Shown here: positions 44,885-54,228 of the stretch, one piece after another
Layout of the letters: the number at the start of each line of letters is the position of its first letter
How positions within the stretch are numbered: position 1 is the stretch's first letter
DNA from: a virus
Length of the DNA stretch: 64,000 bases
Strand: one strand, 5' to 3'
Virus record (IMG/VR): IMGVR_UViG_3300045119_000370
Coordinates: 32,001 to 96,000 of that record
Position numbers and translations under genes: made by a program
Notes under the pieces: generated by a model
Database searches by the model: none
Seen by the model: only the letters and a program-made list of their open reading frames with translations
What the model was told of the DNA's origin: nothing

Positions 44885-45919
44885 ATGGTGCGCGCATTGG
44901 CTTTCGATTTTCTCGAATTCTTCCGCCGTCATCGCATCGAGTATGCGACCAGCGGCCCGTCGGTGACCAAGAACAACGTCGCCATACACTGTCCTTTCTG
45001 TGGTGGGTCCGATCACAGCCAGCACATGGGTGTCAGCCTACTCGGCAAGGGGTGGCGCTGTTGGCGCAACCCCGGTGAGCACAAGGGCCGTCACCCGTTC
45101 CGGCTGGTCAGGGCGCTCTTGGGCTGCTCGACTGCCGAGGCCATGCGGATTACTGGATCGTCGCATGTGCCGGTGTCCACGGACCTTCTGGAGCGTGTCA
45201 GAGGTTTATTGGAGCCGGAAGAGGCCGGCGAGGAGGAGTCCGAGCCACCGGACCTGCCAGCCACGTTCCGCCGCCTGATCGATGGTCTGCCGGCGTCGCG
45301 GCCGTATCGTGAGTATCTGGCGACGCGCGGCTACACCGACGAAGACCTGCCATGGCTGGATTGGCTGGGCCTGCGCTATGCCACCCGGGGAGCGTGGAAG
45401 GGTCGCATCCTGTTTCCGGTGTGGGTTTATGGCACACTGATGTCGTGGACCGGTCGCACCATCTGGCCAAGCGAGGAACTGCGTTATCGGACACTGTCAA
45501 TCGACCCGGTGAAAGCCAAGTATGGCGGCGACCGCCCGGCGCTGGGACCGATCAATCATAACCTTCTATGGCACGATAGACTGCTCGACTCCGACGCCAA
45601 CACCTTGGTTGCGGTCGAAGGGCCGTTTGACGCACTGCGGGTGATGCAGGTGGCCGGTGACGATGGTGTCGACGCTACCTGTCTGTTCAGTGCGCTGCCC
45701 ACCGAGGCGCAGGTCAATCTGCTCTACGACGTCCTGCCGCGCTTCAAGCGTAGTTACTTGCTGCTCGACAACGACATGATGCACACCTCGTTGCGCGTCG
45801 GTTGGGACCAGCTGTCTGCGATTGGACTGGAGCCACGCTTTTTGCCGCGCGGTTTGAAAGACCCCGGCGACGTCAGGTTAACACGTGATCGGCTTTGGTC
45901 CGCACTCGTAACAAACTGA
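44885..45919 (+). CDS. DNA primase (Zn finger + TOPRIM)
   Basis: CPFC..D..H...WRCWR; GRILFP; GRTI; VEGPFDAL; LLDND; KDPGD. Confidence 0.85.
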   Translation: MVRALAFDFLEFFRRHRIEYATSGPSVTKNNVAIHCPFCGGSDHSQHMGVSLLGKGWRCWRNPGEHKGRHPFRLVRALLGCSTAEAMRITGSSHVPVSTDLLERVRGLLEPEEAGEEESEPPDLPATFRRLIDGLPASRPYREYLATRGYTDEDLPWLDWLGLRYATRGAWKGRILFPVWVYGTLMSWTGRTIWPSEELRYRTLSIDPVKAKYGGDRPALGPINHNLLWHDRLLDSDANTLVAVEGPFDALRVMQVAGDDGVDATCLFSALPTEAQVNLLYDVLPRFKRSYLLLDNDMMHTSLRVGWDQLSAIGLEPRFLPRGLKDPGDVRLTRDRLWSALVTN

Positions 45920-45955
45920 TTGCTTCACCGACTTTGTATGTGCTAAAGGAGACTG

Positions 45956-46180
45956 ATGATGGTGGAGCGTGAGCGCATACGTGGTGGTGGTTCAATACGT
46001 GACCGCATCCGGCTCATGGTCATCGACGACGAAGAGATCAAGACCAAGGACATCATAGCCAAGCTGAAGCCGAAGAACGATCCGAAGGCCGAGATGCCCT
46101 CTAAGTTCCTGATCGAGTCCCTGCGTAACGACACCCGTCAGACGCTGCGCCTACTGAGAGAGTTAGGTCGGATCAGATAA
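45956..46180 (+). CDS. Small winged-HTH-like protein
   Basis: SD AAAGGAG; paralogous to the C-terminus of the next gene. Confidence 0.65.
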   Translation: MMVERERIRGGGSIRDRIRLMVIDDEEIKTKDIIAKLKPKNDPKAEMPSKFLIESLRNDTRQTLRLLRELGRIR

Positions 46181-46182
46181 GC

Positions 46183-46211
46183 TTGAAACTTGCATTCCAC
46201 ACTGTTACATA
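46183..46211 (+). promoter_or_regulatory. sigma70-like promoter
   Basis: TTGAAA-N17-TACATA. Confidence 0.55.
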
Positions 46212-46267
46212 GTGTGTTTAAGGGTCCGGCTGTTCGGCCCTGCAAGGCAAGGAAAAAGGAAACGTTA

Positions 46268-46933
46268 ATGGCGAAGACGATAGAAGCCGAAATCCTCGAA
46301 GTGTATGACGCGGCTGGACAGAAGCGTAACGAGGACGACCAGACCTACTGGGCGCGGCTCGTGCAGACTTCGGTCGAGGGTACCGACGAGCAGTGGAAGC
46401 AGTTGGAGGCCCCGGCGCAGGAGTGGATCAACGCTGGCGTCACCGCCAAGAAGCGCGGCACTGATTACATTCCCTTCCCCGATGCGCCCAAGCCCGAGCC
46501 AGTGGTCGAGAAGGAACCCGAGCAGGATCGTTTCCGGGTTCGAGAGGTGAAGGCCACCAAGCCGGCGGCGGAACCAGAGCCGGTACAGGCGGCATTGCCC
46601 CCGGCCCGACGTCGGCGTACTCGAACCGCAGCGCCGGCACCGACGCCGATCCCGGCCGCAACGGCTGAGCCGGCAGCGGCAGCGCCTAAGCAGCGGCGAG
46701 CGCGCGGCCCCAACAAAGGCAACGGCAAGAGCAAGAAGCCGGGCGTCTACGCTCATACGCAGGAGTACGTGGTCAAGCACCCCAATGCCTCTACGCAGGA
46801 CATCATGGCGGCTTTGACCAAGAAGGGAATCGTTCCGAAGCAGAACACTGTGCAGTCGGTGCGTGGTCACACGCGCGATACCATCAAGGTGATGCAGCGC
46901 GTGCACGAGACCGACTTTGGTCTCAAAGTTTGA
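46268..46933 (+). CDS. Putative DNA-binding protein with Pro/Ala/Arg/Lys-rich linker
   Basis: SD AAAAGGA; histone-like linker; C-terminal HTH-like domain. Confidence 0.65.
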   Translation: MAKTIEAEILEVYDAAGQKRNEDDQTYWARLVQTSVEGTDEQWKQLEAPAQEWINAGVTAKKRGTDYIPFPDAPKPEPVVEKEPEQDRFRVREVKATKPAAEPEPVQAALPPARRRRTRTAAPAPTPIPAATAEPAAAAPKQRRARGPNKGNGKSKKPGVYAHTQEYVVKHPNASTQDIMAALTKKGIVPKQNTVQSVRGHTRDTIKVMQRVHETDFGLKV

Positions 46934-46951
46934 CGTTAGAGATCGTTTGAT

Positions 46952-46987
46952 AGGCTGGTGAGCCGGGCAGGTTCACCAGCCTTTTTC
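46952..46987 (+). terminator. Intrinsic terminator
   Basis: AGGCTGGTGA/TCACCAGCCT + TTTT. Confidence 0.8.
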
Positions 46988-47001
46988 ATGGGGACAATCA
47001 T

Positions 47002-48096
47002 ATGAAGCGTAAAGACCTGCTTGACTTGTTGGCCGAGGTGCGGCCGGCATTGGCGACGAGTGAATCGCTCAGTCCGCTGTTCACCCATTACTGCTTCGAT
47101 GGCAAATATCTGACGGCCTACAACGGTGCAAGTTTGGGGGTCACGGTACCCTTCACCAGCCCGTTCAAGGGTGGCGTCCCCGGCAAGACGCTCGACGATC
47201 TGCTGACCCACATCAGCGACGACGATGTGACCATCACACCGGGCAACGGCAATATCGAGATCAAGGCCGGCAAGGCCGTGATGACGCTGGCCACCATCCC
47301 GGCCGACGATCTTGCTTCGGTGTTCGAGAAGGAGTTCTCCGAGGCCGAGGGTCAGGAGATCAAGGCGACCGGCAAGGAGTTGCTCGGCGCGGTCAGCTGT
47401 TGCCTCAACTCGCTGGGAGCCGACGCCGGCCGAAGCGACCAGACCGGACTCCTGTTCCGCCGCGACAAGGACTTTCTGGTGGTCTACGGCTTCAACAACA
47501 TCTCGTTGTCGGTGGCCGAGGTGCCACTGGATGGTGACAGTCGGGGACTGTCCGAGGAAGGCGTCCTCCTGCCCGGCGTGTTTTGCAAGCGGATGGTCGA
47601 TTACCTCAAGGCCGACAATGCCGTGCGCTTCGAGATCGGCGAGCGCTATGCGATGTTTTCCACCGGAAAAGTAAACGTTTACGGGACTTTAATTCCGCGT
47701 CCGACTAAGATTGATTACGACAAGATTTTGGACGATAATTTCCCCACAGCGGATTCGAAAAAGCTTGTCGCCATCCCGGACGGCCTGAAAAAGGCGCTCG
47801 AACGGGCTTGCGTCATCGTCAATACCAAGCTTGACGGAAAGCTGAGAACGGAGGTCGAGGTGAAGGCTGGCACTGCCAGATTGTTTTCACGCTCGGCTCG
47901 TGGCGAGGTCGAGGACATCGTCGAGCTTCCCAATCATCCCGATGTCAAGCTGGCCATCGATCCGCGACCGGTGCTCGACGCGATGCCGTTTTTCGGTGTT
48001 GGTGGTCGAGTGCTGTTCGAGCATAAGTGTGCAGTGTTGAACCGTAAGGCGCAGACCTACATGGTCGCCGCCTTCCAACCTTCCAACAATAAGTAG
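47002..48096 (+). CDS. Sliding clamp (DnaN/beta-like)
   Basis: 364 aa; LTAYNG...VPGKTL..LL pattern; three-domain size; next to Pol and clamp loader. Confidence 0.75.
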   Translation: MKRKDLLDLLAEVRPALATSESLSPLFTHYCFDGKYLTAYNGASLGVTVPFTSPFKGGVPGKTLDDLLTHISDDDVTITPGNGNIEIKAGKAVMTLATIPADDLASVFEKEFSEAEGQEIKATGKELLGAVSCCLNSLGADAGRSDQTGLLFRRDKDFLVVYGFNNISLSVAEVPLDGDSRGLSEEGVLLPGVFCKRMVDYLKADNAVRFEIGERYAMFSTGKVNVYGTLIPRPTKIDYDKILDDNFPTADSKKLVAIPDGLKKALERACVIVNTKLDGKLRTEVEVKAGTARLFSRSARGEVEDIVELPNHPDVKLAIDPRPVLDAMPFFGVGGRVLFEHKCAVLNRKAQTYMVAAFQPSNNK

Positions 48097-48283
48097 GCAT
48101 GACCGGCCCAAGCACCCCACGCTTGGGCTATGCCGTCTCGGCACTGATCCCCCTTCGTTAACTGACTACCAATGGAGATGTCGCCATTTCCATGGACCTA
48201 CCCTTTACGCCGATTTTTGACCAGTACCCATAGCGTACACTTGTCCCCGCGTTTTGACCGTCAAAATTTGAGAGGATGTCGCA

Positions 48284-50878
48284 ATGGGATTTATCGTCGG
48301 CCGTTTGCGCCGTGAGCAAACACCAACCAAGGGCGTGTCGCTGGGACTACTGCATCGGCACGAATGTTCAGTCTGCCCGCTCAATCGTGCTCCCAATCTC
48401 AAGAACGCCAAGATGCCACCCAACGGCAACCCCAAGCCGCTGGTCTACATGCTGGGCGAAGCACCCGGTGAGCAGGAGGACCGGTATGGCGAGGCTTTCA
48501 TTGGACCGTCAGGTGAGTGCCTGCGCTCACATATCGAGGATGACTGGATCAAGTCCTTGCGATGGTCGAACACGATACGCTGCCGGCCGACCGAGAAATC
48601 CAAGGAGAGCGGCAAGACGATCAACCGCGAACCGACCAATGTCGAGATCGAGTGCTGCCGGCCCAAGCTGATCAGAGATATTCAGGAGACCAAGCCGGTC
48701 GCCATCTTCGGCTTCGGCAACGTCCCATTACACTGGGTGACTGGCGAGGCCGGCATCACCAAGTGGCGCGGCAAGCGCTTGCCGGTGACCATCGGCACGC
48801 ACACTTGCTGGTACTACCCGATGTACCACCCGAGCTACATCCTGCAAATGCAGGAGGAGATGCGCGGCCGCGACTTGGAGTTCGCTTTCGACATGGACCT
48901 CAAGCGTGCCTTCGCCGAGGTCGACGCCGGCCTACCCGAGCCGGTCGTGCACACTGCCGAGATCGCCCACGCCGACGTCGAGATCATCACTGGCGAGCAT
49001 GGTGATGCCGACGTCGACCGCGTGCTCAACTTCCTCGACCAGTGCAAGCAGTTCGAGGTGGTCGGCCTCGATTACGAGACCAAGGGCAAGCGGCCTTATG
49101 GCGACACCGTCAAGCTTCTCACCATCGCTATCTCGAACGAGACGCGCAGTGTGGCCTTCGCGTTCAACCATGCGCGGGCTGGGTGGACCAGCCGACAACG
49201 AGAGCGCATCACCAAGGGCTTCTTGGATTTCCTGTGCTCCTCGCCAGAAACACGCAAAGTGGCGCACCACCTCGCCTACGAACTGGAATGGTCGGCGCAC
49301 TTCTTCGGTCCCGAGGTCATCTACGAGAACCGTTGGGGCGACACCATCAGTCAGGCGTTCATTCTCGATGAGCGGCAGGGCGCACTGAGTCTGGAGTTCC
49401 TTTGCTGGCAGCACTTCGGCATCAACGTCAAGGCGCTCTCGCCGGAATTCAACAAGGAGGACATCGAGCAGGAAGACCTGAGCGACGTGCTCACTTACAA
49501 CGCCATCGACGCCAAGTACGCCCGGGTGCTCTACCATGCGCAGAAGCGGGAGCTAAAGGACGAGAAACTGATCGAGGTCTACGCGCACCATATGCGACGT
49601 GTGCAGGCGACCGTGGCCACGCAGCTGAAAGGGGTGCCGGTCGATCAGGATCGTGTCGCCGAGTTCTACAAGCAGTACAGGGACGAGCTTGACATCATCG
49701 AGGCCGACATCGCGGCGCTGCCCATGGTCAAGCAGTACAACATCAGCCACAAGGACTTCCGACCGTCAGCGCCGCAAAACCTCGTCGATATACTGCGCAA
49801 GGAGGGCATCCACCTCGACACCACCAAGGAAGGCGAACTGGAGAAGTATGCCGGCACGCCGATCATCGATCTGGTGCTCAAATGGCGCGGCGTCAACAAA
49901 CTGCTCTCGACCTACGTCAAGCCGCTGCTGAGCATGGAGACGGCACAGCGGCTCGCCGTCCCCGAGTTCACTATCAAGGACACCGTCATTCACGACGATG
50001 GTCTGATGCATCCGATCATCTCGACGGTGAAGACGCGCACGTGGCGGACCAGTGCCGAGGAACCCAACGAGCAGAATTTCCCCAAGCACGAGAACCGCCA
50101 AGTGCGGCGCATGATCAAATCGCGCAACGCGCAGCGCAAGGTCGTCAGCTTTGACTATGCCGGCATCCAAGCCCGCAACATTGCCATGGAGTCGCGCGAC
50201 GACGCTTTGGTCAAGGCGTTCTGGGATCGTTACGACATCCACACCGATTGGATGGAGCGCATCGAGCGGCGGGTGCCGGGCTGGATCAAACTGACCGACG
50301 ACCATGACAAGAAATACTGGCGCAATCGGGCCAAGAACGGTTTCGTGTTCCCGTCCTTCTTCGGGGCGCAGCCGAAAAAGACGTCCGGCGAGTTGGGCAT
50401 CGACATCAGCGACAGCGAGCGTCTGCAAGGCGACCTGTGGGAGATGTTCCCGAATGTCCATGGTTGGCAGAAGCGGCTCAGGGACGATTACTACAAGCGC
50501 GGCTACGTCACCGGGCTGAGCGGCTTCCGCAGGCGTGCACCAGTGTCACCGAACGAATTGATCAATGCACCCATTCAAGCCGACGAGGCGATCATCGTAC
50601 TCACCGCCATGGCCGAGCTTGCCGAGATGGGCGATCCGCGTTTCGTCGCCAATATGGAAATCCACGACGACCTGACGTTTTTCTGGCACGTCGACGAGAT
50701 CGAGCGCAACGCTGAAACAGTTATCGACACCATGCTCAACACGCCATATGAGTGGGCGCACATCGTACCTATCGGAGTCGAGATGGCGGTCGGTGACGAC
50801 TGGGAGAGTGTCAAGGGCGTCGGCGAGTACTTCTCGGACCAGTGGTCAGGGAGAATACCCAAGAAGGTGGCGGCATGA
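48284..50878 (+). CDS. polA: Family A DNA polymerase with N-terminal family-4 UDG-like domain and 3'-5' exonuclease (SPO1-type architecture)
   Basis: CSVC, GEAPG, CRP, HPSY; DYET, YNAID; TWRTS..PN.QN, DYAGIQAR, R..AK, NAPIQ, IHDD. Confidence 0.92.
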   Translation: MGFIVGRLRREQTPTKGVSLGLLHRHECSVCPLNRAPNLKNAKMPPNGNPKPLVYMLGEAPGEQEDRYGEAFIGPSGECLRSHIEDDWIKSLRWSNTIRCRPTEKSKESGKTINREPTNVEIECCRPKLIRDIQETKPVAIFGFGNVPLHWVTGEAGITKWRGKRLPVTIGTHTCWYYPMYHPSYILQMQEEMRGRDLEFAFDMDLKRAFAEVDAGLPEPVVHTAEIAHADVEIITGEHGDADVDRVLNFLDQCKQFEVVGLDYETKGKRPYGDTVKLLTIAISNETRSVAFAFNHARAGWTSRQRERITKGFLDFLCSSPETRKVAHHLAYELEWSAHFFGPEVIYENRWGDTISQAFILDERQGALSLEFLCWQHFGINVKALSPEFNKEDIEQEDLSDVLTYNAIDAKYARVLYHAQKRELKDEKLIEVYAHHMRRVQATVATQLKGVPVDQDRVAEFYKQYRDELDIIEADIAALPMVKQYNISHKDFRPSAPQNLVDILRKEGIHLDTTKEGELEKYAGTPIIDLVLKWRGVNKLLSTYVKPLLSMETAQRLAVPEFTIKDTVIHDDGLMHPIISTVKTRTWRTSAEEPNEQNFPKHENRQVRRMIKSRNAQRKVVSFDYAGIQARNIAMESRDDALVKAFWDRYDIHTDWMERIERRVPGWIKLTDDHDKKYWRNRAKNGFVFPSFFGAQPKKTSGELGIDISDSERLQGDLWEMFPNVHGWQKRLRDDYYKRGYVTGLSGFRRRAPVSPNELINAPIQADEAIIVLTAMAELAEMGDPRFVANMEIHDDLTFFWHVDEIERNAETVIDTMLNTPYEWAHIVPIGVEMAVGDDWESVKGVGEYFSDQWSGRIPKKVAA

Positions 50879-51051
50879 TTACGCGATGGGAGTATGCGGG
50901 TTTTTGGTACGTCATCCAGCGAGCGGTAGATGGTAGTGTGACCGCTGAGCCGGAACCCGGCCAGCACCGGGCGGCGTACAAGGACAAGCACAGACGCGCT
51001 GCTATAGAAACCTATGCAGAGGCGCACAAGACTGATGTTCAAAAGCGTTGA
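50875..51051 (+). CDS. Hypothetical protein
   Basis: ATGA coupling. Confidence 0.5.
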   Translation: MITRWEYAGFWYVIQRAVDGSVTAEPEPGQHRAAYKDKHRRAAIETYAEAHKTDVQKR

Positions 51052-51349
51052 AGGGCTGGTCGACGAGATCAACAAGACGGGTTGGCTGATCACTGAGATT
51101 TACCAACGCGATCATGACCAGTGGTTCGCGGTGCTGCGCAAGCGAGGCGACTTCAGTGCCGCCTATGGTGAGGCTGCAACCATGCTCGGCGCGCTGGGTA
51201 CGGCGTGGACCGAGGCGCAGATGCACAAGCGCATGACCAACGCCGACTGGGATGCGCTCAAGCCCAAGAAGGTCAAGGTGGACGAGCCGATTAAGCAGAT
51301 TGCCGCAGAGATCAAGCGGCGCGGGTCAATTCCAAGGATCAAGCCATAA
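51035..51349 (+). CDS. Hypothetical protein
   Basis: Operonic; ends RGSIPRIKP. Confidence 0.6.
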   Translation: MFKSVEGLVDEINKTGWLITEIYQRDHDQWFAVLRKRGDFSAAYGEAATMLGALGTAWTEAQMHKRMTNADWDALKPKKVKVDEPIKQIAAEIKRRGSIPRIKP

Positions 51350-52321
51350 ATGGTCAAGCGTATCGTCGAGGTCGAGCCGCCGCGTGGCGGCACTCTTTAC
51401 AACACATATAGACCGAAGCTGTTCAAGGAGGTCATTGGCCAAGAGTTGGTGGTCAACGCGCTGGTCAAGATTTTGCAGAAGGACGCAGCGCACACCTTCC
51501 TGTTCACGGGACCGTCGGGAGTCGGCAAGACAACGTTGGCCCGATTGTCAGCGAAGTTCGTGCGCTGCGCTCCGCAAGATATCGTCGAGATCGCGGCGGC
51601 GGTCAATACCGGCGTCGATGCCATGCGTGAAATCCAAGCGGCGGCGGACTATCAGCCGTTCGGTGGCGAGAGCAAGGCGATCATCCTCGACGAGGTCCAG
51701 CGGCTGAGCAAGCCGGCATGGGAATCGCTGCTCAAGGCGTTGGAGGAGCCGGCATCGCACACTTACTGGTTCCTGTGCACTACCGAGCCGGACAAGGTGC
51801 CGAAGACCGTCACCACACGTGCGGTCAGTTTCAAGCTCAAGCCGGTCGCCGACGCGGACATGCGCGACCTCTTAGCCGACGTTTGCAACAAGGAGGGCAT
51901 CGAGCTTGCCGGCGACGTCGACAACCTCCTGATCAGTAATGCCGGCGGCTCACCTCGTCAGCTGCTCAGCGATCTCGCCATGGTGCGTGATGCCGAGAGC
52001 AAGGCATCGGCGGCGGCACTCTTGTCGACGGCAGTCGAGAGTGAGCCAGTGCGTGAACTGTGTCGGATGCTGAGCGACGGCAAGGGCAGCTGGCAGAAGG
52101 CGATGGCCATCGTCGCCAAAATACTGGATGAGCAAGAACCGGAAGAGGCCCGCATCTTGGTGTGTCGCTACATGGCGGCCGTGGCGATCAGTGCGACCAA
52201 CGACCGCGCCGCGCAGCATGCGTGCATGGTGCTCGATTTCTTTCGTGCGCAGTTTTTCAGTGGCGAGGGCGCTGCCCCTTTAATTTTAGCAATCGGAAAC
52301 GTTTTGCTGGCAAACCGCTGA
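51350..52321 (+). CDS. dnaX: Clamp loader (DnaX gamma/tau-like)
   Basis: YRP..F.EVIGQ, GPSGVGKTT, IILDEV, LLKALEEP, CTTEPDKVP. Confidence 0.88.
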   Translation: MVKRIVEVEPPRGGTLYNTYRPKLFKEVIGQELVVNALVKILQKDAAHTFLFTGPSGVGKTTLARLSAKFVRCAPQDIVEIAAAVNTGVDAMREIQAAADYQPFGGESKAIILDEVQRLSKPAWESLLKALEEPASHTYWFLCTTEPDKVPKTVTTRAVSFKLKPVADADMRDLLADVCNKEGIELAGDVDNLLISNAGGSPRQLLSDLAMVRDAESKASAAALLSTAVESEPVRELCRMLSDGKGSWQKAMAIVAKILDEQEPEEARILVCRYMAAVAISATNDRAAQHACMVLDFFRAQFFSGEGAAPLILAIGNVLLANR

Positions 52322-52346
52322 GCCGATGTTATATGATGGGGCAATC

Positions 52347-52913
52347 ATGGTAGACCGTTTGCAGCCCGAGAAGCCGGCCGTATCGAGACTGACACTCGAC
52401 CAGCTGGAAGGCGACCTCAAGATCGACGAGTACGCGCTCAACGACGTGTGTCGTGAGCACCCGACGCTGTTTTATCGGGTCGCCCGCGAACTGGCTTTCG
52501 CCATCTCGCGTCGCGACGCCGCCAAGGTCGAACTGGAAAGGACCGAGGGCCAGATAACCCTGTCCATGCGTGATCAGGCCCGCGACGTTGGTGAAAAAAC
52601 CACGGTCGACGAGATCAAGGCGCGGGTCCGCGAGAGCAATCAGTACATGACAGCTGCCGAGCGGTTGGCCATGCGGCAGATGGAAGTCGGCGAATGGGCG
52701 GCGCTAAAGGAAGCCTACGGGCAGCGTAGCTACGCATTGAATCACATGGTCGACCTGTACCTCGCCAATTACTATGGCAACATCGAGCGACGCGAGAGCG
52801 TCGAGGATCGCGAGCGCAACGCCGACCGCGCCCGTGAGCGGCTGGCCGAGATGCGTCGCGCCGCTCCCTATAACAGGACCAGAAGAGAGGAAGATTCAGA
52901 TGGTAGAACGTAA
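52347..52913 (+). CDS. UvsY-like recombination mediator
   Basis: DLKIDE..L...; helical; LYLANYY; located upstream of SSB and RecA. Confidence 0.6.
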   Translation: MVDRLQPEKPAVSRLTLDQLEGDLKIDEYALNDVCREHPTLFYRVARELAFAISRRDAAKVELERTEGQITLSMRDQARDVGEKTTVDEIKARVRESNQYMTAAERLAMRQMEVGEWAALKEAYGQRSYALNHMVDLYLANYYGNIERRESVEDRERNADRARERLAEMRRAAPYNRTRREEDSDGRT

Positions 52914-54228
52914 CCGACCGGACGACGACCGGGGCCGCAGTGGCGGCAGCACTCGTGGAAAATGGCATTACGAACCGCAGAAGGCCGAAGACATCCGGGC
53001 GCGGGCGACGCGCACCAGTGGTCGCTTCGACAGTATCTTCAAGCCGGGCTTCGACACGTTCCGTCCCAAGGGTGGCGATAACTTGGTCCGCTTCCTGCCC
53101 GGCACGTGGAACTTGGGCGTAGCTTACGCTTACGACGTCTGGGTCCATCGTTACGTTGGTCCTGACGACTCGACGTATCTCTGTCTCGACAGAATGCTCG
53201 GCAAACAATGTCCGATCTGCGATGCGGCGGCCGAGGCCAAGCGTGCCAAGGATGACGAGGAAGCCAAGCAGCTGCGTGTGCTCCAGCAGGGCGTCGCATG
53301 GATACTCGACCGGCGTGGCGAGATGCCGAAGCAACCGCTCTTGTTTCAGATGAGCCGGACCCTCGACAGCACCATCCTGTCTTTGACTAACATCAAGGAG
53401 CAGATTTGGATCGATAACCCGACTGAAGGGTTCGATGTGACCATCAAGCGTTCGGGCACCGGTCTGAACACGCGCTACATCGCTGCCATCGACCGTGATC
53501 CGTCGCCGATTGCCGAGAAGCAGCGCGACTTCGACAAGATCATGGACTACATCGAGACAAACCCCCTCGACACCGTGCTCCATTACTTCGACGCCGACTA
53601 TCTCGACCGGGTCATGTCGGGGACTACCGGCCCGCGTGATGACAAGGAGGAGGTACGCGGCCGCGAGCGCGAGCGTGATGATCGGGACGAGCGTGAGGAA
53701 CCCCGCCGTGACCGCGACCGTGATGGTGAGCGGGACGAGCGGGCGGTGCGCAGCCGGCGTGATGAACCAGAACCGGAGCGCGCACGATCCAGCCGGCGTG
53801 ACGAGCCGGAACCGGATCGCGAGGAGCGCTCGCCAAGGCGTGGGCGTGATGAGCCGGAACCGGATCGCCCGGGCCGTAGGGCGGCCCGTGACGAGGCCAA
53901 GGACGAGGAGGACGAGGATCGGGCCGGTCGTGGCCGGCGCGAGCCTGACGACGCTCCCAGCCGCCGGGACCGGCGTTCTGACCCGGAGGAGGAGGATCAG
54001 GCGCGGGATGAGCGTCGCGCACGCGGCAATGGTGCTCGTAGGGACGACAAGGACGAACCACCTTTCGATGCCGATCCCCCGGCACGCAGCCGTCGCGAGC
54101 GTGCCGACGAGGATGAGGAAAGCCGTCCCCGTCGCAGCGTAGAGCGTCAGCGGCCGGACGATGAACCGCGTGCGGCCCGGCGCGGTGACGATGATGAAGA
54201 GGACCGCCGGCCGCCGCGTCGTCGCTGA
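52900..54228 (+). CDS. gp32-like single-stranded DNA-binding protein with long R/D/E mixed-charge tail
   Basis: NLVRFLP, HRY...CL...CPIC, EGFDVTIKRSGTGLNTRY; ~200-aa charged tail. Confidence 0.8.
   Translation: MVERNRPDDDRGRSGGSTRGKWHYEPQKAEDIRARATRTSGRFDSIFKPGFDTFRPKGGDNLVRFLPGTWNLGVAYAYDVWVHRYVGPDDSTYLCLDRMLGKQCPICDAAAEAKRAKDDEEAKQLRVLQQGVAWILDRRGEMPKQPLLFQMSRTLDSTILSLTNIKEQIWIDNPTEGFDVTIKRSGTGLNTRYIAAIDRDPSPIAEKQRDFDKIMDYIETNPLDTVLHYFDADYLDRVMSGTTGPRDDKEEVRGRERERDDRDEREEPRRDRDRDGERDERAVRSRRDEPEPERARSSRRDEPEPDREERSPRRGRDEPEPDRPGRRAARDEAKDEEDEDRAGRGRREPDDAPSRRDRRSDPEEEDQARDERRARGNGARRDDKDEPPFDADPPARSRRERADEDEESRPRRSVERQRPDDEPRAARRGDDDEEDRRPPRRR

Noticed and set aside
48284-50878. DpoZ / 2-aminoadenine genome
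   Set aside because: No purZ or datZ in the window; architecture is UDG-fused SPO1-type
53750-53870. Repeats CGTGA(T/C)GA(A/G)CC(A/G)GAACCGGA resembling a mini CRISPR array
   Set aside because: In-frame coding repeats (RDEPEP) within the SSB tail; spacing too short and irregular; no cas genes
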